From Phoronis australis (lineage: Eukaryota; Animalia; Phoronida): a DNA stretch of 64,000 bases. The position numbers and the translations under genes are program-made. The DNA lies in NCBI GenBank assembly GCA_002633005.1, contig NMRA01000009.1:579456-643455 (forward strand), in the 5' to 3' direction. Positions 41,126 through 54,000 of the stretch are shown piece after piece; position 1 is the stretch's first letter; the number at the start of each line of letters is the position of its first letter. The notes below the pieces were generated by a model. The model worked only from the letters and a program-made list of their open reading frames with translations. It was not told where the DNA came from and ran no database searches.

Positions 41126-42884
41126 CTGCAAAAAATCATTAACATTGCCTTAATCCTTATGAACCTGAAACGTTTATTGCATAATTAAAAAACAACAACA
41201 AACTACAAGGAAAACTCATTTAAAATTGAACCCTCATTCGGTTGTTTAAGTTTAAATATGCCAGTTTACTCAATAGCACACCATCATGTGACATGCTAAT
41301 ATCTAGCATTGTGCAATGGCTAAGATTTTAGAATGTTCTTGGAGAATTAGTAATTTGCATCAATTATACCGCATAAAGATGTGGAATTTGGATAAGGAAG
41401 CAGATAGGATATTCAGAATGCAGACCATATGCTCAAAATAATCAAATTTTTATGTCTGTATTGTACGGTAAGTGACTAATCGACAGTGAAACTTTACTGA
41501 CATCAGAATGAGAAATGACAAACTCTCAGCAATAATGTAAGCTAGTGATACTATAGCATAATTATAGTGACAACTGTGGACCAAGTACCCTACAAAAACA
41601 CACACACACAACAGTGCGGGCAAATATTGCAGAATCAGAGAGGGCATTGTCATATACCAGGACGTGGCTGCTGACGACCTGTTGGACACTATTCTAATTT
41701 TCTGTTTCAATTGAACGTGACAGGCGCAAGCCAGCAACTTAAGATTGCTGCCTCAGAGGACTGTGTCTCCTTCCAACTTCTTGGGTTGTTTATGCTCCCT
41801 GTTTTATGAGTCTTACACTTCATTACCATGAGGCAAAGCCTACAGACAGATTATTTATCTTGATAGAATATTTTGCAATGCCTGACTGACCATAATAATA
41901 ACATGAGCAAGCCAGAGGGTTGATATGCACTCACTGTGTGCATCACATACAAAGCAAATATAAGAGATAATCACTATTGTACAGCTTCATTATAGGCATA
42001 TAGGCTTACATATGAACATATCTGTGAATGGGATGATTATAACCAGTGTTCAATCAACATCCCTGAACTCTACAACTGCAGTGTTTTTGTAAACATTTCC
42101 ATCCATTTCCAAGTGTCTGCACCAATCAAACAAGGCATCACCATACCAATTTCATTGCCACATGACACAAAGTCAACAGTCATCCTACCCCTAACTCAAA
42201 CAGCATCTTACTGCATATCTAACAACTACAGTTTCGTTTTCATTCTAAAATAACTTTTGTAAAACTGTTTACAATTTCTTTTTAACAGGACTTGTTTACT
42301 AAAGTGTGGTCTGCTCACTTGAGAATCTGTAAAACATTCTGTTGTTGATTTGGTTTTCCAAAAACTAGCGAGTTATTGATTGCAGAATAATTGCAGGACT
42401 GGCTGCAAGCACATGGTGTCACTCAAGCGTGGCAGAGATCAGTGAGATATGGTTATAGACTGTGGACCAGCTTGCACTTGATGAAAAAAACACCTGAAGA
42501 AGTTCTCCACAGATGGAGCTACAAACTTCACGTGTAAACAATACGTGTGACTGCATTCATTGGATCACTCAGTACAAGCCAGGTTACTGTTCAGTATTTT
42601 ATGCGACTATTTGACAAAAACTAGTAAGATATGACCAGCTTTAAAACAGAATGAATGCAGCTTATAAAACCTCAAGAGACCCAGAGAAATGCTCAGTTCT
42701 GCATTTGAAATGTGTGTACTTAGCATAGTTCATTACAAATCTTTGAAATCTAAAGTTACTATTAAGGGCTTTTCACACTAACTTCAACATGTCCATGTTT
42801 TGGGGAGTTGGGGTCAGTATGAATGGTTAACTTCGGTCCTAGATCGAAGTTGACTGCGACAGTCAATTAGCACGTCATATTTTC

Positions 42885-42995
42885 CCAGTACTACTTTGTG
42901 ATTACTTCGATGACAACAACGTCACCTATCATTTGCTTCGATAAATGTTAACTGCCGAAGCCGGTAAAACGGTTTAGTTAACTTCACAGTTTACA
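42885..42995 (-). repeat. Dispersed repeat, inverted partner of 36075-36180
   Basis: ctttgtgattacttcgatgacaacaac at ~42894-42920 is the exact reverse complement of the 36075-36180 core; similarity extends ~100 bp. Confidence 0.75.
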
Positions 42996-44989
42996 CCGAC
43001 AATCTGCTCAGACCGAAGATAAGTCGGTACAAAAACGGCTTTTAAGCATAGAGATAATATGAACTACCGTGTCTGCTACATTTTGCAGTCTAGACAAATA
43101 ATCGTCCAGCAGGGCACTCAAACTACTACTTTAAGTAAGTCTGACATCTCACATGAGTTAGTGAATATGTTTGGGCAAAATGTTTTTATACAAGGCTTTT
43201 CATTGGCTTGGCTAAATATCACACTTTTGTTAACTAACTACCAATGCTTTTAGCGAACTGTGGGCCATTTATAAATAGCGCAGTGTTTCCATGCCTATAA
43301 CATACTGGGCGGCCAGTTACACTCCTTCTTCTTACCGCCACTCGTAAGTCATGTCCAAATCGACTGCCACATGGGGAAAACTTCACCGCCATGTAAAAAT
43401 CGCTAGCAAAAATAATGGCTAGTAATAATCAATATGCACAAGTCACACGGTTACCGTTACCGTTTGTGGATATAGTGGGAAATATAACTTGACATAAAAT
43501 TGGATTTGTCTACATGGACTAGATTATACAGGGTCTGCTATACTTGTAGAATGCATGAGACTGTACCAAATTACATCTAGTTCTTCAAATTTTGTGTAGG
43601 AAAGGCCCACCACCACCAACACACTCCCCGCCCACCAGAGGATCTCACTTCCCATATTCGCATGCAGCACTGAGTTCTAAATGCACTGCGACCATTCACC
43701 ACCATGCTCCTTTCAAAACCCAGGAGAACCAAATAACAAAAACTACTTTTAAATATCAGAAATGCATTGTGAAGTACAAATGGTTTATATAGTGGGATGT
43801 TAGTATATAACATGCTACAAAACTAGAAAGTGAACTATTAATATATTAAGAAATATGTGATACCACAAACGCCACCTTACATGGACAACCAGTCATTTTT
43901 TAAGCATCCTTAGAGTAGCTGAACAGAATTTTCTCTGTCACCAAGACAACATGCCCCAAGTTCAACTCCTTGTATATTGTGTATTATGTAATTTCAGATA
44001 CCATGTCTCATAGAACCATAGCCATCAATTTATGTATAAGAAAATTCTTTGAGGATAAACTTATGTGTATTGAAAATAAAAAGTGCAACCAGGAGAGAAG
44101 GAGACTATATTTCCTGAGCCTTTACAAAGCTGGACAACAAGTGTGACTCTATTTCCTAGGCCTCCTAGGCCATTACACAGCTGGACAACAAGTGTAGGAG
44201 GAAGTTACTTTGCAAGATGGGAACTTAAAGTCCTTCAATAATTGAAAACTTCTTACCAATAGAAAATATATCTTGAGTGTACAATTACAAAAACATGCTC
44301 ATTGAATCCTTGACACACTGAAAAGTGTCCTCCATTATCTCAGGTAGTCAGGGAAAACATGTCCTCCACTGATCAAAGCTATAATAGGATATTTAATAGT
44401 TTACTTAAAAGGGAATGTCTCAATAACAAGTATTCACTTTGTATCACTATCATTGTATACACTGTCTCATGATTTTCAGCTGCTCTCTGTAAAAACTCAA
44501 CCTCCCAGTACTAACAATGCAAAACAATTGTTAAAAATAAATTGAGCGTTGTTTATGGTGTCCAAGTGTTAGACAACAAATTATGATCTGAAATTCAAAA
44601 ATTTCAATAGGTGAGTGACACTGATGCATGAAGCGTAACAATGTATTGTGAAAGATGAAGATCACCTCCCAGCTGAGGCATTGTGTATGGTGTATCTGAG
44701 AGAAGTAACAGCCATGATGGGCCATGAAATAAGATCAAGAAGGGTATCAGGTACATGTCTACATTAACAATAGTAGTATAGACACTGCAGGTAAACATGA
44801 ACATTAATCTTGCCAAGGAAACAGGTAATGAGAATTATGAAATTCCCTTCTACTTTCAAAGACATAAATATAATAAAATTGATGTGGAAATTACTATGTT
44901 CTGAATTGTGTTGCACGTTTTCAATAAAGAGAAGAGATTGACTTGTAGTTTAGAGTGTTTACCATTAATTCTGGTGCCACTTAATTATG

Positions 44990-45213
44990 TACAGTAAAAA
45001 TTAAAAAATTGGGACTAAAACAATTGCTGAAATCGCCATATTTCAAATTTTCAGTAGCTTACCACATTGTTGCTGTTTGGGAATACCTATGCCACACAAA
45101 CTAAAACAGTAAAGTAAAATTTTCTGAAAAATTATGTTTTGTTAAGAAATTTGACAAAAATAAATTTTCACCTGTACATCATGTTGTGTCCCAAACTGAG
45201 GAATGTTTGCCGT
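44990..45213. mobile_element. TA-flanked MITE (tacagtaaaaatt...tgggac family)
   Basis: tacagtaaaaattaaaaaattgggac ... gtcccaaactgaggaatgtttgccgta. Similar ends occur at 55063-55386 and near 1335-1361. Confidence 0.45.
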
Positions 45214-45521
45214 ACTATTTTTCCTGTAATTTGATAATAATTTGATAATAATTTGATAATACAACCATGGAATATGATTAAGTGTATTCTTAATTTTAGG
45301 CAATTGAAAACAAAAAGCATCAGAATATTGGTATTCGCTTCTGTACTATGGAAATTCTGTTTGAAATGTCTAGTGAAAGTCAAGCATTCCATGAATTCCT
45401 TCCATTTTAACAGAAAACTAAGGTCTCTACAGATAGAGATTCAAATAAACAGCTAAGGTATGATACATGTTTCTGTTACAATATACATACAATTAGACAC
45501 CCTCCATAAATAAATTAGGCA

Positions 45522-45946
45522 ATCTTGCATTTTGAAGGTCTGGGCTTCAAACCTTCGTTGTAATTGTTTTTAACATCCAAATTGACAATTAATACTTTTT
45601 ATGTAAGTTGAGTCTTCTTATTCAAAAACAATTTTATTTGAAATTATGCAATAACCACGCAATTATCTCACACTATAAACTTCAAAGCTCAACACATAAT
45701 TTTTTGTACCTCATAAACAGAAGAGTGCAAAGAAAAAGTTGGACCTTGAACATCAATAACCGGACACTAAACCTTGAGCCTTCAAACAAATGACGTTTCT
45801 AAACTTAACCATACCCTTTGAAGAAATACATTTGACCTTTTGAAGCAGTTAGGAAGCATCAAAATGATTTACATAATTAAGACAATTAAAGTACAGTACC
45901 GTAGGTTTGACTTTACTTTAATTTAGACCCCCAAAATGCAAGATTA
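45522..45946. mobile_element. MITE-like inverted repeat pair
   Basis: aatcttgcattttgaaggtc ... gacccccaaaatgcaagatt (18/20 inverted). Confidence 0.4.
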
Positions 45947-46506
45947 CAATAATTTGATACAACATGACTAATGCACTGCAACTGATAATTCTCTAAAAAG
46001 ATACCAAATTAATGAAACTGATTAAATTCCAAATACCTTTAGAGAAGAAAAAAGACTCAAGATTTTTGGAGCTTTGACTAAGTTTATCACAAAAATTTAT
46101 AAATGAAAAATGTACTAAATTAGAATCAGCATAATACAGAATGACTGGTTAAGTCTAAGCACACATTTCAATTCCCAATCTGATCAGCAAATATTCCATG
46201 GTACACCTCTTGGGCAAAGGGCATTTAAACCTTCAACAAACAAAATTTGCACTTTTGCAAATCATGTGTGGTTCGTGTATTTGTGAACTTACCAACAATC
46301 TGCATCTGGCTGCAATAGTTCATTACATTAAAGACACACAGAAATAGTTGAATATCTGATCTACACCTAGCAGCTATAAAATGCATACAAAAGCTAAGTG
46401 CCTTGATGTCATATGTGACTCCTTTTACAACAGGTGGTTTCGAAAACGATGAGAAGCGATTATTATTTCAACTTAAATCACGGGAATTATTTTAAACTTT
46501 ACTTAC

Positions 46507-46607
46507 CATATAGTTGTTCTGCATTGGTCCGAGTCTACCTGGGCTTCAACGCACATTTCGAAAAGTGTTACCAGCACGATCAAAGAACGGCCCAAGTCGG
46601 TGGCCAT
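46507..46607 (-). CDS. METRNL: Meteorin/METRNL-family protein, coding exon 1 (signal peptide and first Cys)
   Basis: ATG at 46607. MATDLGRSLIVLVTLFEMCVEAQVDSDQCRTTI(W), donor |gtaagt. Hydrophobic signal-like N-terminus followed by Q..SD.C as in meteorins. Phase 2 matches exon 2. Confidence 0.82.
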
Positions 46608-47344
46608 ATTAGAGACCCACTTCATCCTTAAATCTGTGGCATTTCCTTGTCAATTAAGTTCCCGAAATCTTAGTTCGGTATGAACAGAGTGTAGTCTGTT
46701 GTAATCCATGTTTTAGGAAATCGATATTACTCCTGGACTCTCACATGTTTGGTGTGAGATGAATAAGTAAACTGGTGAAAATAAACGTCACATAACTCCT
46801 CAATACACGACCCGTCAACCAAACCAAAGACTCTATTGACACTGATTGTAGTTAGACACGCGCGAAACTCAACATTAAGACGAGTCCATTGAACGTTTGG
46901 GGGCCCGCAAAGTTTGCTGCTCAATCAGGGACTGATTGGGTGCATGTTTGTCGCATTAAATAAGAAAAATTTCGTAAACAGCATTTCGAACTAACGGGTC
47001 TTTAAATCTTCTGGATCAGCATTTCCACAAAGGAGAGACCTGATACCATGAATATGAATAGTAATAACTTCTAACTTATAGTGTCGGGTACAACTAGGAA
47101 CCAGTACGTTGGCTAAAGACAGACGGATTCATGTAGCTTAGGTGCCTACAAGGTTAGCTCAGTGAATATTTTAGCGACAAGCTACAGCGTTAACGTGGGG
47201 GGTTGTTTTTGGGAGTCCAACTCCTACACTTAGCGACAGCAGGGGACTAGAGAAAAAGGCACTTTTAGCAAGACAAACCCACCCCTGTCAGCCGACGATC
47301 CCAACAACAAACTTTTCAAATCACGTGACCAAACTATTGGCAAG
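46608..47344. promoter_or_regulatory. Candidate bidirectional promoter between the METRNL-like and B3GNTL1-like genes
   Basis: Short, relatively CpG-containing interval between divergent starts. Palindromic E-box TCACGTGA at 47321-47328, ATTGG (CCAAT on -) at 47336-47340 and near 46935, and YY1-type AAGATGGC at 47342-47349. Confidence 0.6.
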
Positions 47345-47430
47345 ATGGCTGCCCCCACAACCTTGAATTCAATTATGTGAATGACTCCAACCTACCGGCT
47401 GCCACCTCTTTCTATGTCTCAAGAAAATTG

Positions 47431-47445
47431 ATGATGATCGATGTG
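47431..47445 (+). CDS. B3GNTL1: B3GNTL1/QTGAL-like coding exon 1 (minimal extent; the true start may be 47345)
   Basis: atg atg atc gat gtg|gtaagg = MMIDV, in phase 0 with the next exon to give ...IDV|SIILPVHNA (human has ...[11 protein letters not shown]). Confidence 0.65.
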
Positions 47446-47597
47446 GTAAGGCTCAATCGGACTGTGGGACTGGTAACTGTTTAAAATTTGACTAGCGGCA
47501 TTAAAATTCCAGCGTTGTATATTGGCACGGCACCGGGACTGCCTTGTGCCCTTGTGGGCCATGAAACATGATGAACTGAACATTTTGTGTGCATACA

Positions 47598-48152
47598 GTG
47601 CATAGTCAATAGGGACACTGGCCTTAGGCCCTTAGCCTTAGGAGGCCGTAGATATCTTTTAATTCCTTCCAAATCGAACAAATACGCCTGTAATCAAACT
47701 TTTTCTTTGAGCAGTCCTTCGTTCAGTTGCCCAAATCGGCAATTTGTCATTTTTAACACTACGCACACGCACACTCCTGTGTGCACCGTAAAAACACATG
47801 CACCCTCAGCTTCTGATCGTCCTCAATACACTATTATAACACTACAAGGTATGTAACTCTCAACAAGGAATTCCACAGGTGCTTCACTTCAGCCATCCAT
47901 ATCAAACACAAAGTTCAATAAATTTACACAAAACAGGTTTCAAAAAACCGTTAGCAATTGTTCGTCCTTCTAAGACCATTCACGGTGTCCTGCTCCAGCA
48001 AGTTCGCAACAAAATTCGCGGTCAAAGCACAAAAATTTTCCCTAAAACCCCATGGGTACATCGTACTTTGACAGTTTGAAGTCAAGGACGGTACGGAAAT
48101 TGCCCGTTTGAATTAAAAGAGAGCCTCCCATGGCCAGTGTCCCTCTATGCAC
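47598..48152. mobile_element. MITE in B3GNTL1 intron 1
   Basis: gtgcatag(tcaat)agggacactggcc ... ggccagtgtccctctatgcac inverted ends, plus inverted subterminal ggaggc/tcttttaattc. Confidence 0.6.
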
Positions 48153-48473
48153 CAAAGGTACTAAATAACAATGTGACTTTGATGTTTTAATCAGTGGGAG
48201 GCATAACTCGCTTCACCGTCTCTACTGAGGTCAGCTGGAGATTGTGATCACTTTTTATTGAGTGTTGTACATCTGCTCAAAGCATACGAAGATCGCATTC
48301 TACTACAGAGCTTGAAACATGTAGTCTTCATAATATTGGTCACTACTTTCTTGAAACACTTTGAAATGGGGGAAGGGGAGGGGAAGGCAGTAGTAAGTGC
48401 CAGGAGAAGACTAGCCAGTAGCCACCTTGTTTCTTAAGCACGAGACATTAAAAACATTTCTTCTGTGAGTGGA

Positions 48474-48552
48474 TTGATGGTACATTGATGGTACAATGAC
48501 GGTACATTGACGGTACATTGATGGTACATTGACGGTACATTGATGGTACATT
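48474..48552. repeat. Tandem repeat, 11-bp unit, 7 copies
   Basis: (ttga[t/c]ggtaca)n. Confidence 0.9.
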
Positions 48553-49274
48553 TTAGCAAACATAGATGTGATATGCACAGATTCTTTGCTACGTGTTTTC
48601 AGATGGGAAGTTTCATGAAAGTTGATATTAAATTGTCTTAGTTGATCTTCAGTCTGAACACAACAGTCTGAACACAACAGTCGTTCCACATGAATACTTC
48701 GGAAAGGTGCGTAGACACAGACGTTCATATTCAACCGAGTTGATGTTTTGAAAATATTTGAATATAGTCTTTGACAACTGAACATCTTTCATATATTTTT
48801 GAAGTTTGCAAACACTTACTTAAAAAACAGAACCCATAATCAGAGAACCAAAAGGTTATTTCTTTGCACTATTTCAGGCAGCAAAAGGTTCCATTTCTGT
48901 TTGTAGAGAAGCTATAGGTTTGTGACAGTTCATCTTTGAGGGATCAGTCATTTCTTTTACCTGAAATTGCCCTTTTTCATTTGATTAATTGAACTCATGA
49001 CTAGCTTTAGATAATATTTTTCAGCAAAAATCCTTATTTCAATTGGAAAATTGACCTCATTGTCATCATAGTTTATACTGTCACTAACCAGAAGCACTTG
49101 CAGCATTTGCAGCCTTTGATGAATTGAAAAATGACAATTTTTGCTATTATTTTTACGGTATCCTAAATTACAGGATTTTTGTCAAGTGGTTGTGTGTTTC
49201 ATGATGACTTGGTTCGAAAATGCTCCTACGTATGTGATTACCGTATGTCAAAAGTTGATTGCTGTTTATTGCAG

Positions 49275-49391
49275 TCAATCATTTTGCCAGTGCACAATGC
49301 TGACCAGTGGCTACAGGATTGCTTAGACTCAGTCTTAGTGCAAACATTTACTGGAACACTGGAACTCTCCGTCTTCAATGATGCAAGCACG
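49275..49391 (+). CDS. B3GNTL1: B3GNTL1/QTGAL-like exon 2 (GT2 N-terminus)
   Basis: ttgcag|..|gttagt. [39 protein letters not shown] closely resembles the B3GNTL1 sequence [29 protein letters not shown]. Confidence 0.93.
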
Positions 49392-49469
49392 GTTAGTACT
49401 TACAGTATATGACTAAAGTAATCAGACAAAGTACAGTTTACCCATCATGACAGCTAATTCTGTTAACAG

Positions 49470-49850
49470 CAAAAATAACTAGTGATGACTCTTATGGTGT
49501 CAAAATAACCAGTGATGGCTCTTATGGTATCAAAATAACCAGTGATGACTCTTATGGTGTCAAGATAACCAGTGATGAGTCTTATGGTGTCATAATAACC
49601 AGTGATGAGTCTTATGGTGTCAAGATACCAGTGATGACTCTTATGGTGTCAAGATAACCAGTGATGAGTCTTATGGTGTCAAAATAACTGGTAATGAGTC
49701 TTATGGTGTCAAGATAACCAGTGATGAGTCTTATGGTGTCAAAATAACCAGTGATGAGTCTTATGGTGTCATAATAACCAGTGATGAGTCTTATGGTGTC
49801 AAAATAACCAGTGATGAGTCTTATGGTGTCAAGATAACTAGTGACGACTC
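49470..49850. repeat. Minisatellite, 30-bp unit, ~12-13 copies
   Basis: (caaaataaccagtgatgagtcttatggtgt)n. Confidence 0.95.
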
Positions 49851-49893
49851 AGATTGGCTTAGCCAACTTTTCTGTTTATTCTTCTTCATTCTC

Positions 49894-50058
49894 GGTCATC
49901 AGGGTAGACTTCTCTGACTACGTATGGTCGTCATGAGGGTAGACTTCTCTGTGACTACGTATGGTCGTCATGAGGGTAGACTTATCTGACCCCATATGGT
50001 CATTATAGAAGACTACTCTGACTATGTATGGTCGTTATGAGGGGAGACTACTCTGACC
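49894..50058. repeat. Degenerate minisatellite, ~34-bp unit, ~5 copies
   Basis: ggtcgtcatgagggtagacttctctgactacgtat variants. Confidence 0.8.
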
Positions 50059-50305
50059 ACAAATTTGACTTCTGCCTAGCGGGGAATTTTGTGTCATTTT
50101 GTCTGAGTACTTTTGGTTTATACTATAGTTATTGTATTAATATCACTACTTTGTGTTCATTGTCACTGGGATAATGTCTAGGGCATTTCAGTTAAAAAAT
50201 TTAAAATGTTTGAAAAATGGGTTGTGTTCTTGACAGTTATTGTCCATGTGCGACACAGCAGGTCAGCAGCAGATTATGGATTAGGGTGGAAAGTCAAATT
50301 AAAAT

Positions 50306-50471
50306 CACTGACTGTACTGCAGGTGGGTGGGTGTATAGCACTGACTGTACTGCAGGTGGGTGGGTGTATAGCACTGACTGTACTGCAGGTGGGTGGGTGT
50401 ATAGCACTGACTGTACTGCAGGTGGGTGGGTATATAGCACTGACTGTACTGAAGGTGGGTGGGTGTGTAGC
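50306..50471. repeat. Minisatellite, 33-bp unit, 5 copies
   Basis: (cactgactgtactgcaggtgggtgggtgtatag)n. Confidence 0.95.
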
Positions 50472-51032
50472 CGAGAACTGGCCTTGTTGAAAATTTGGGG
50501 ACAGGCATTGAATCAAGCGTAGGTGGTGACTGGCAAAAGTATGATATTGCAACTGAGCGAAGATGGAATTGTTTTGATATCATCTTTTACTAAATTCACT
50601 GTCTTATTCTTTGCCAGTGGCTGCCTATCATCTGAAATCACTTTTAAAAACTTGTAATTTCAAGTTCCTTGATGCCACATTGATGTCAAAAAATGTTGAA
50701 GTTTATTGTTTGATAATAGCTGTAAAGATTTATAGTTTGTTACATAATGTGGTAAACAAATGATATTTTATTTTTATGAAACAAAAATTAAGAATATTTT
50801 TGTCTATTTTTAGCTTGGTCTCTGCTGTGTAAATGACGCAAAACAAAATTTGGTAGATTTCTACTATTTCAACAAAGATATCTGCATTTGAAAAATATGA
50901 AAGGGACAATACTGGCAATTATTTTTGTAAAAAATAAGTGAAAATTTGCTGTAATCATTAGTCACGAGTTTGGGTATTGAATCTTACTATAAATAATAAT
51001 AAATATTGGTTTGCTACATTAGATTAAACTTA

Positions 51033-54000
51033 CCGTATTCGCCCTAATAAGTGCCCATGCCCCTATAAGCATCCCACACGCGTTTCAGACGTTGCTAAAA
51101 TAAGCGCCCAGTCCATGAACGCCATGTACATGCAAAAAATGCCTTAACTACAGTTCTAAAATTCTACGGTAACACTTTCAATTTATCAATACGATCCGAC
51201 AGTCGTGAAAAAATCATTGCGCAGAATTTGTAGACACAAGCCTCGCCGCTCTGTTGGTATTTAGCTGTGACTATGCACTTCAAACTTCCGTTGTGCTTCA
51301 AAAAGAACGCAAGTTTTGCTGATCTTGCGAGGGACGTGTCCTATTAGGGTCTGGCGTTTCAGAACAGGCGCAGCATACTTGTCAAAGGGATTCTATTGTA
51401 TCTTTCTCGTGCAGATCTACTCCCCTAGCAGGAATCCAAATTTCTTTCTACACGTGAAAACCGTGAATTGAAGACTAATAAAAACTTGACCTTAATTCAG
51501 TTAAAAGCACGTGGCAAGAAAGCGCGCTACATTCAAGTAGCTGTCATCAAAGATTAGTCTTCGGGAACTATCTATTCATGAAATGGGTAGCATAGCATCA
51601 GCAAGAAATAAATACTGGCACTAATTTGCGAAAGTTTCTAATACCGTAAAAACATTTGCGTTATTTTTAAGGGGTAATTATTAAATTAGTCATAATTGGT
51701 GTTTTTAAAGTCAAAGTGACCCACTGATAGTGAACACTTCCGCACCCTTACACCCCCTGAATTTCCTGAAAAATAACTGTTAAACTGTCACGCATCATGT
51801 CACCCGGCGACTCAATGACATCGGCCTTACGGAGACAATTCTTGAACGTTTTTTAGCAGATGAGATCAACAAGTGCTAAATAAAACATGTTCTGTTTTAC
51901 TGCTTGTGTTAATTACCTTAGTTACAATGCACACCAGATCGTTACATGGCGTTTACACTGGCAAATGAACTCTGATGACACGCGCTCGCTCACTCACACA
52001 ATACGCAGACCAACTTCAAAACAAACATCTTGTGACAACAACATGACTGTTCGTCCAGAGATTATTGTCGAGTTGTGAAGTACAATCTGGCGCAGATTTG
52101 GACTTACCGTAAACGTTCGGGTTAACGCCCATGCTCAGTTAACCGCCCACCCCCTACTTTAGGTGGATTTTCGATTTAACCGCCCACTGCTCAGTTAAGC
52201 GCCCCCCTGCGATTTTTGAAGATTTCCAGTTAAGCGCCCACCTCTCGGTTAAGCGCCCATCCCCGACTTTTCAAGAGAGAAGATTTAGCGCCCAGTGCTA
52301 AGGAAACGCGCGATTCCCGGACTTTTAGAAAAGATCGATGATCACAATGAGCGCAACGACGCCGGGCCTCCCAGACGGTGGTTTAGCAATGTGAATTACA
52401 ATACAAGTAACGAGTTATTGTCTAGGGTCATGGACTCATTTCAAAATATAATACTTGAACGTTTTTGTCACTTTATTTTCTTCCCATATTTGTAAAGTTG
52501 AAGAACGCCGCCGACGTCAAAACCTCCGTTTTCAGTGACTTTGTCTGCCGCGCTGAGTTTCTGTCTGCAGTGCACTAGATAAATCATATATTCGAAAAAA
52601 TAAGGCCACAGAAATGTGACAATGGTTTTGCCAACCCTCCAAATTCTATTAAGGTGGGAAGCTCTCGTACTTTGAGCAAATCTCACAACTCACGGAAAGA
52701 TGTCAAATTCTCAATATTTTGATGAATGTAACTTCCGCGGTGTGTGGCGACCGAAGAGACAGTACAAGTGCCTTAATGGGTTACCGATTTTGTTGCTGCC
52801 TATCGATTTCTGAATTCAAAGGTTGGCAATAATGTATGTTTGTATATGACCTTGAGGTAATAAAAAAACTGCTAGTCAAATTTTGTTTTTCGCTTATTGC
52901 ATCTCAGTCAAACTGGCATTAGCAGATTTAACTAATGTCACTGGCTGTTCTTTACTATTTCTTGCGTCAGCCCCCACGTAGGCCTATAAGCGTGACTGTG
53001 TGAATTCAGTTATCGTTTCCACATCCCCTTTTTCGCTATCCAGAATAATTTTGTTTATACATTGGCTAGTTGCAGCCTGAACAAAAATTCTTACCATTCG
53101 AGTCTGAAATATCCACGACGTAGACTGACTGCTGACTGAAAATTGGCGATAGTGGGTAGGAGATGCATGCAGCTACATGTACCTACGGGCATGGGCTTAG
53201 GGAGCATCGAGCCGGGAAATATCGGAATAGACTTGACATCGCAGTTTTGGGGAACATTGGCAACGGAGGAATATCGTAAAGAACTGGGTCTTTCATAACA
53301 ACAGGTTAAAAGTACATAGTCACGCCCGTTTTTTGTTATTTGGGGCTATTCTCTTTTGATGTGTGACTTTGTAGTCATTTTGGTGCACGTGCGCAAGTTC
53401 CCACAGTTTGCAGTGCATGTTACCTTAACACCAACATGTGATTGACAGGTGACTCACACGTACGCACATGTATTGAAAGAGGCCGTTATATTACTTGGCG
53501 GCATTTCCAAGTCACGATTATCAGCCGACTGAGACATTGCGCGCTAACAGCGGGACCGAACAGTGCCGCAGTGCGATATTGCAAGTGATATAAATAGCAT
53601 AATCTGGACATCTTGCATGAAAAATAAATGTTTTTCCACCACGAAGTTTGGTAAGGTGATCGTTTAAGAATGAATTGAAACATCGTTGTTTTGTGGCGTT
53701 TTATCACATATTTATGTCTTGGCTCGAAATTTTATTCTTGATTGACGAGTGGCTCACAGCCGCTTAACCCCGATTCTTGTCTTAGGCCTAGTTCTTTGCC
53801 GAGCATGTTTGGCGCAACGGCAAGTGAGCAATGCCGGGCGGTCGAGATAAAACAGCTAGCCGCAGAACTATACGCTGAAAATGCAATTGAATCACGGCGT
53901 TTCGACTATAAACATCCTAAACACAAAAAAACATCTGAATTAAGTTTTTCAAACTTTTCTTACAACTAATTTTAAAACTGCTCTCAGACTATGAACTTGG

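Noticed and set aside
50270-50325. GWKVKLKS, resembling part of the missing B3GNTL1 exon
   Set aside because: No phase-0 acceptor gives the required frame, and the sequence runs straight into a 33-bp minisatellite. Likely chance.
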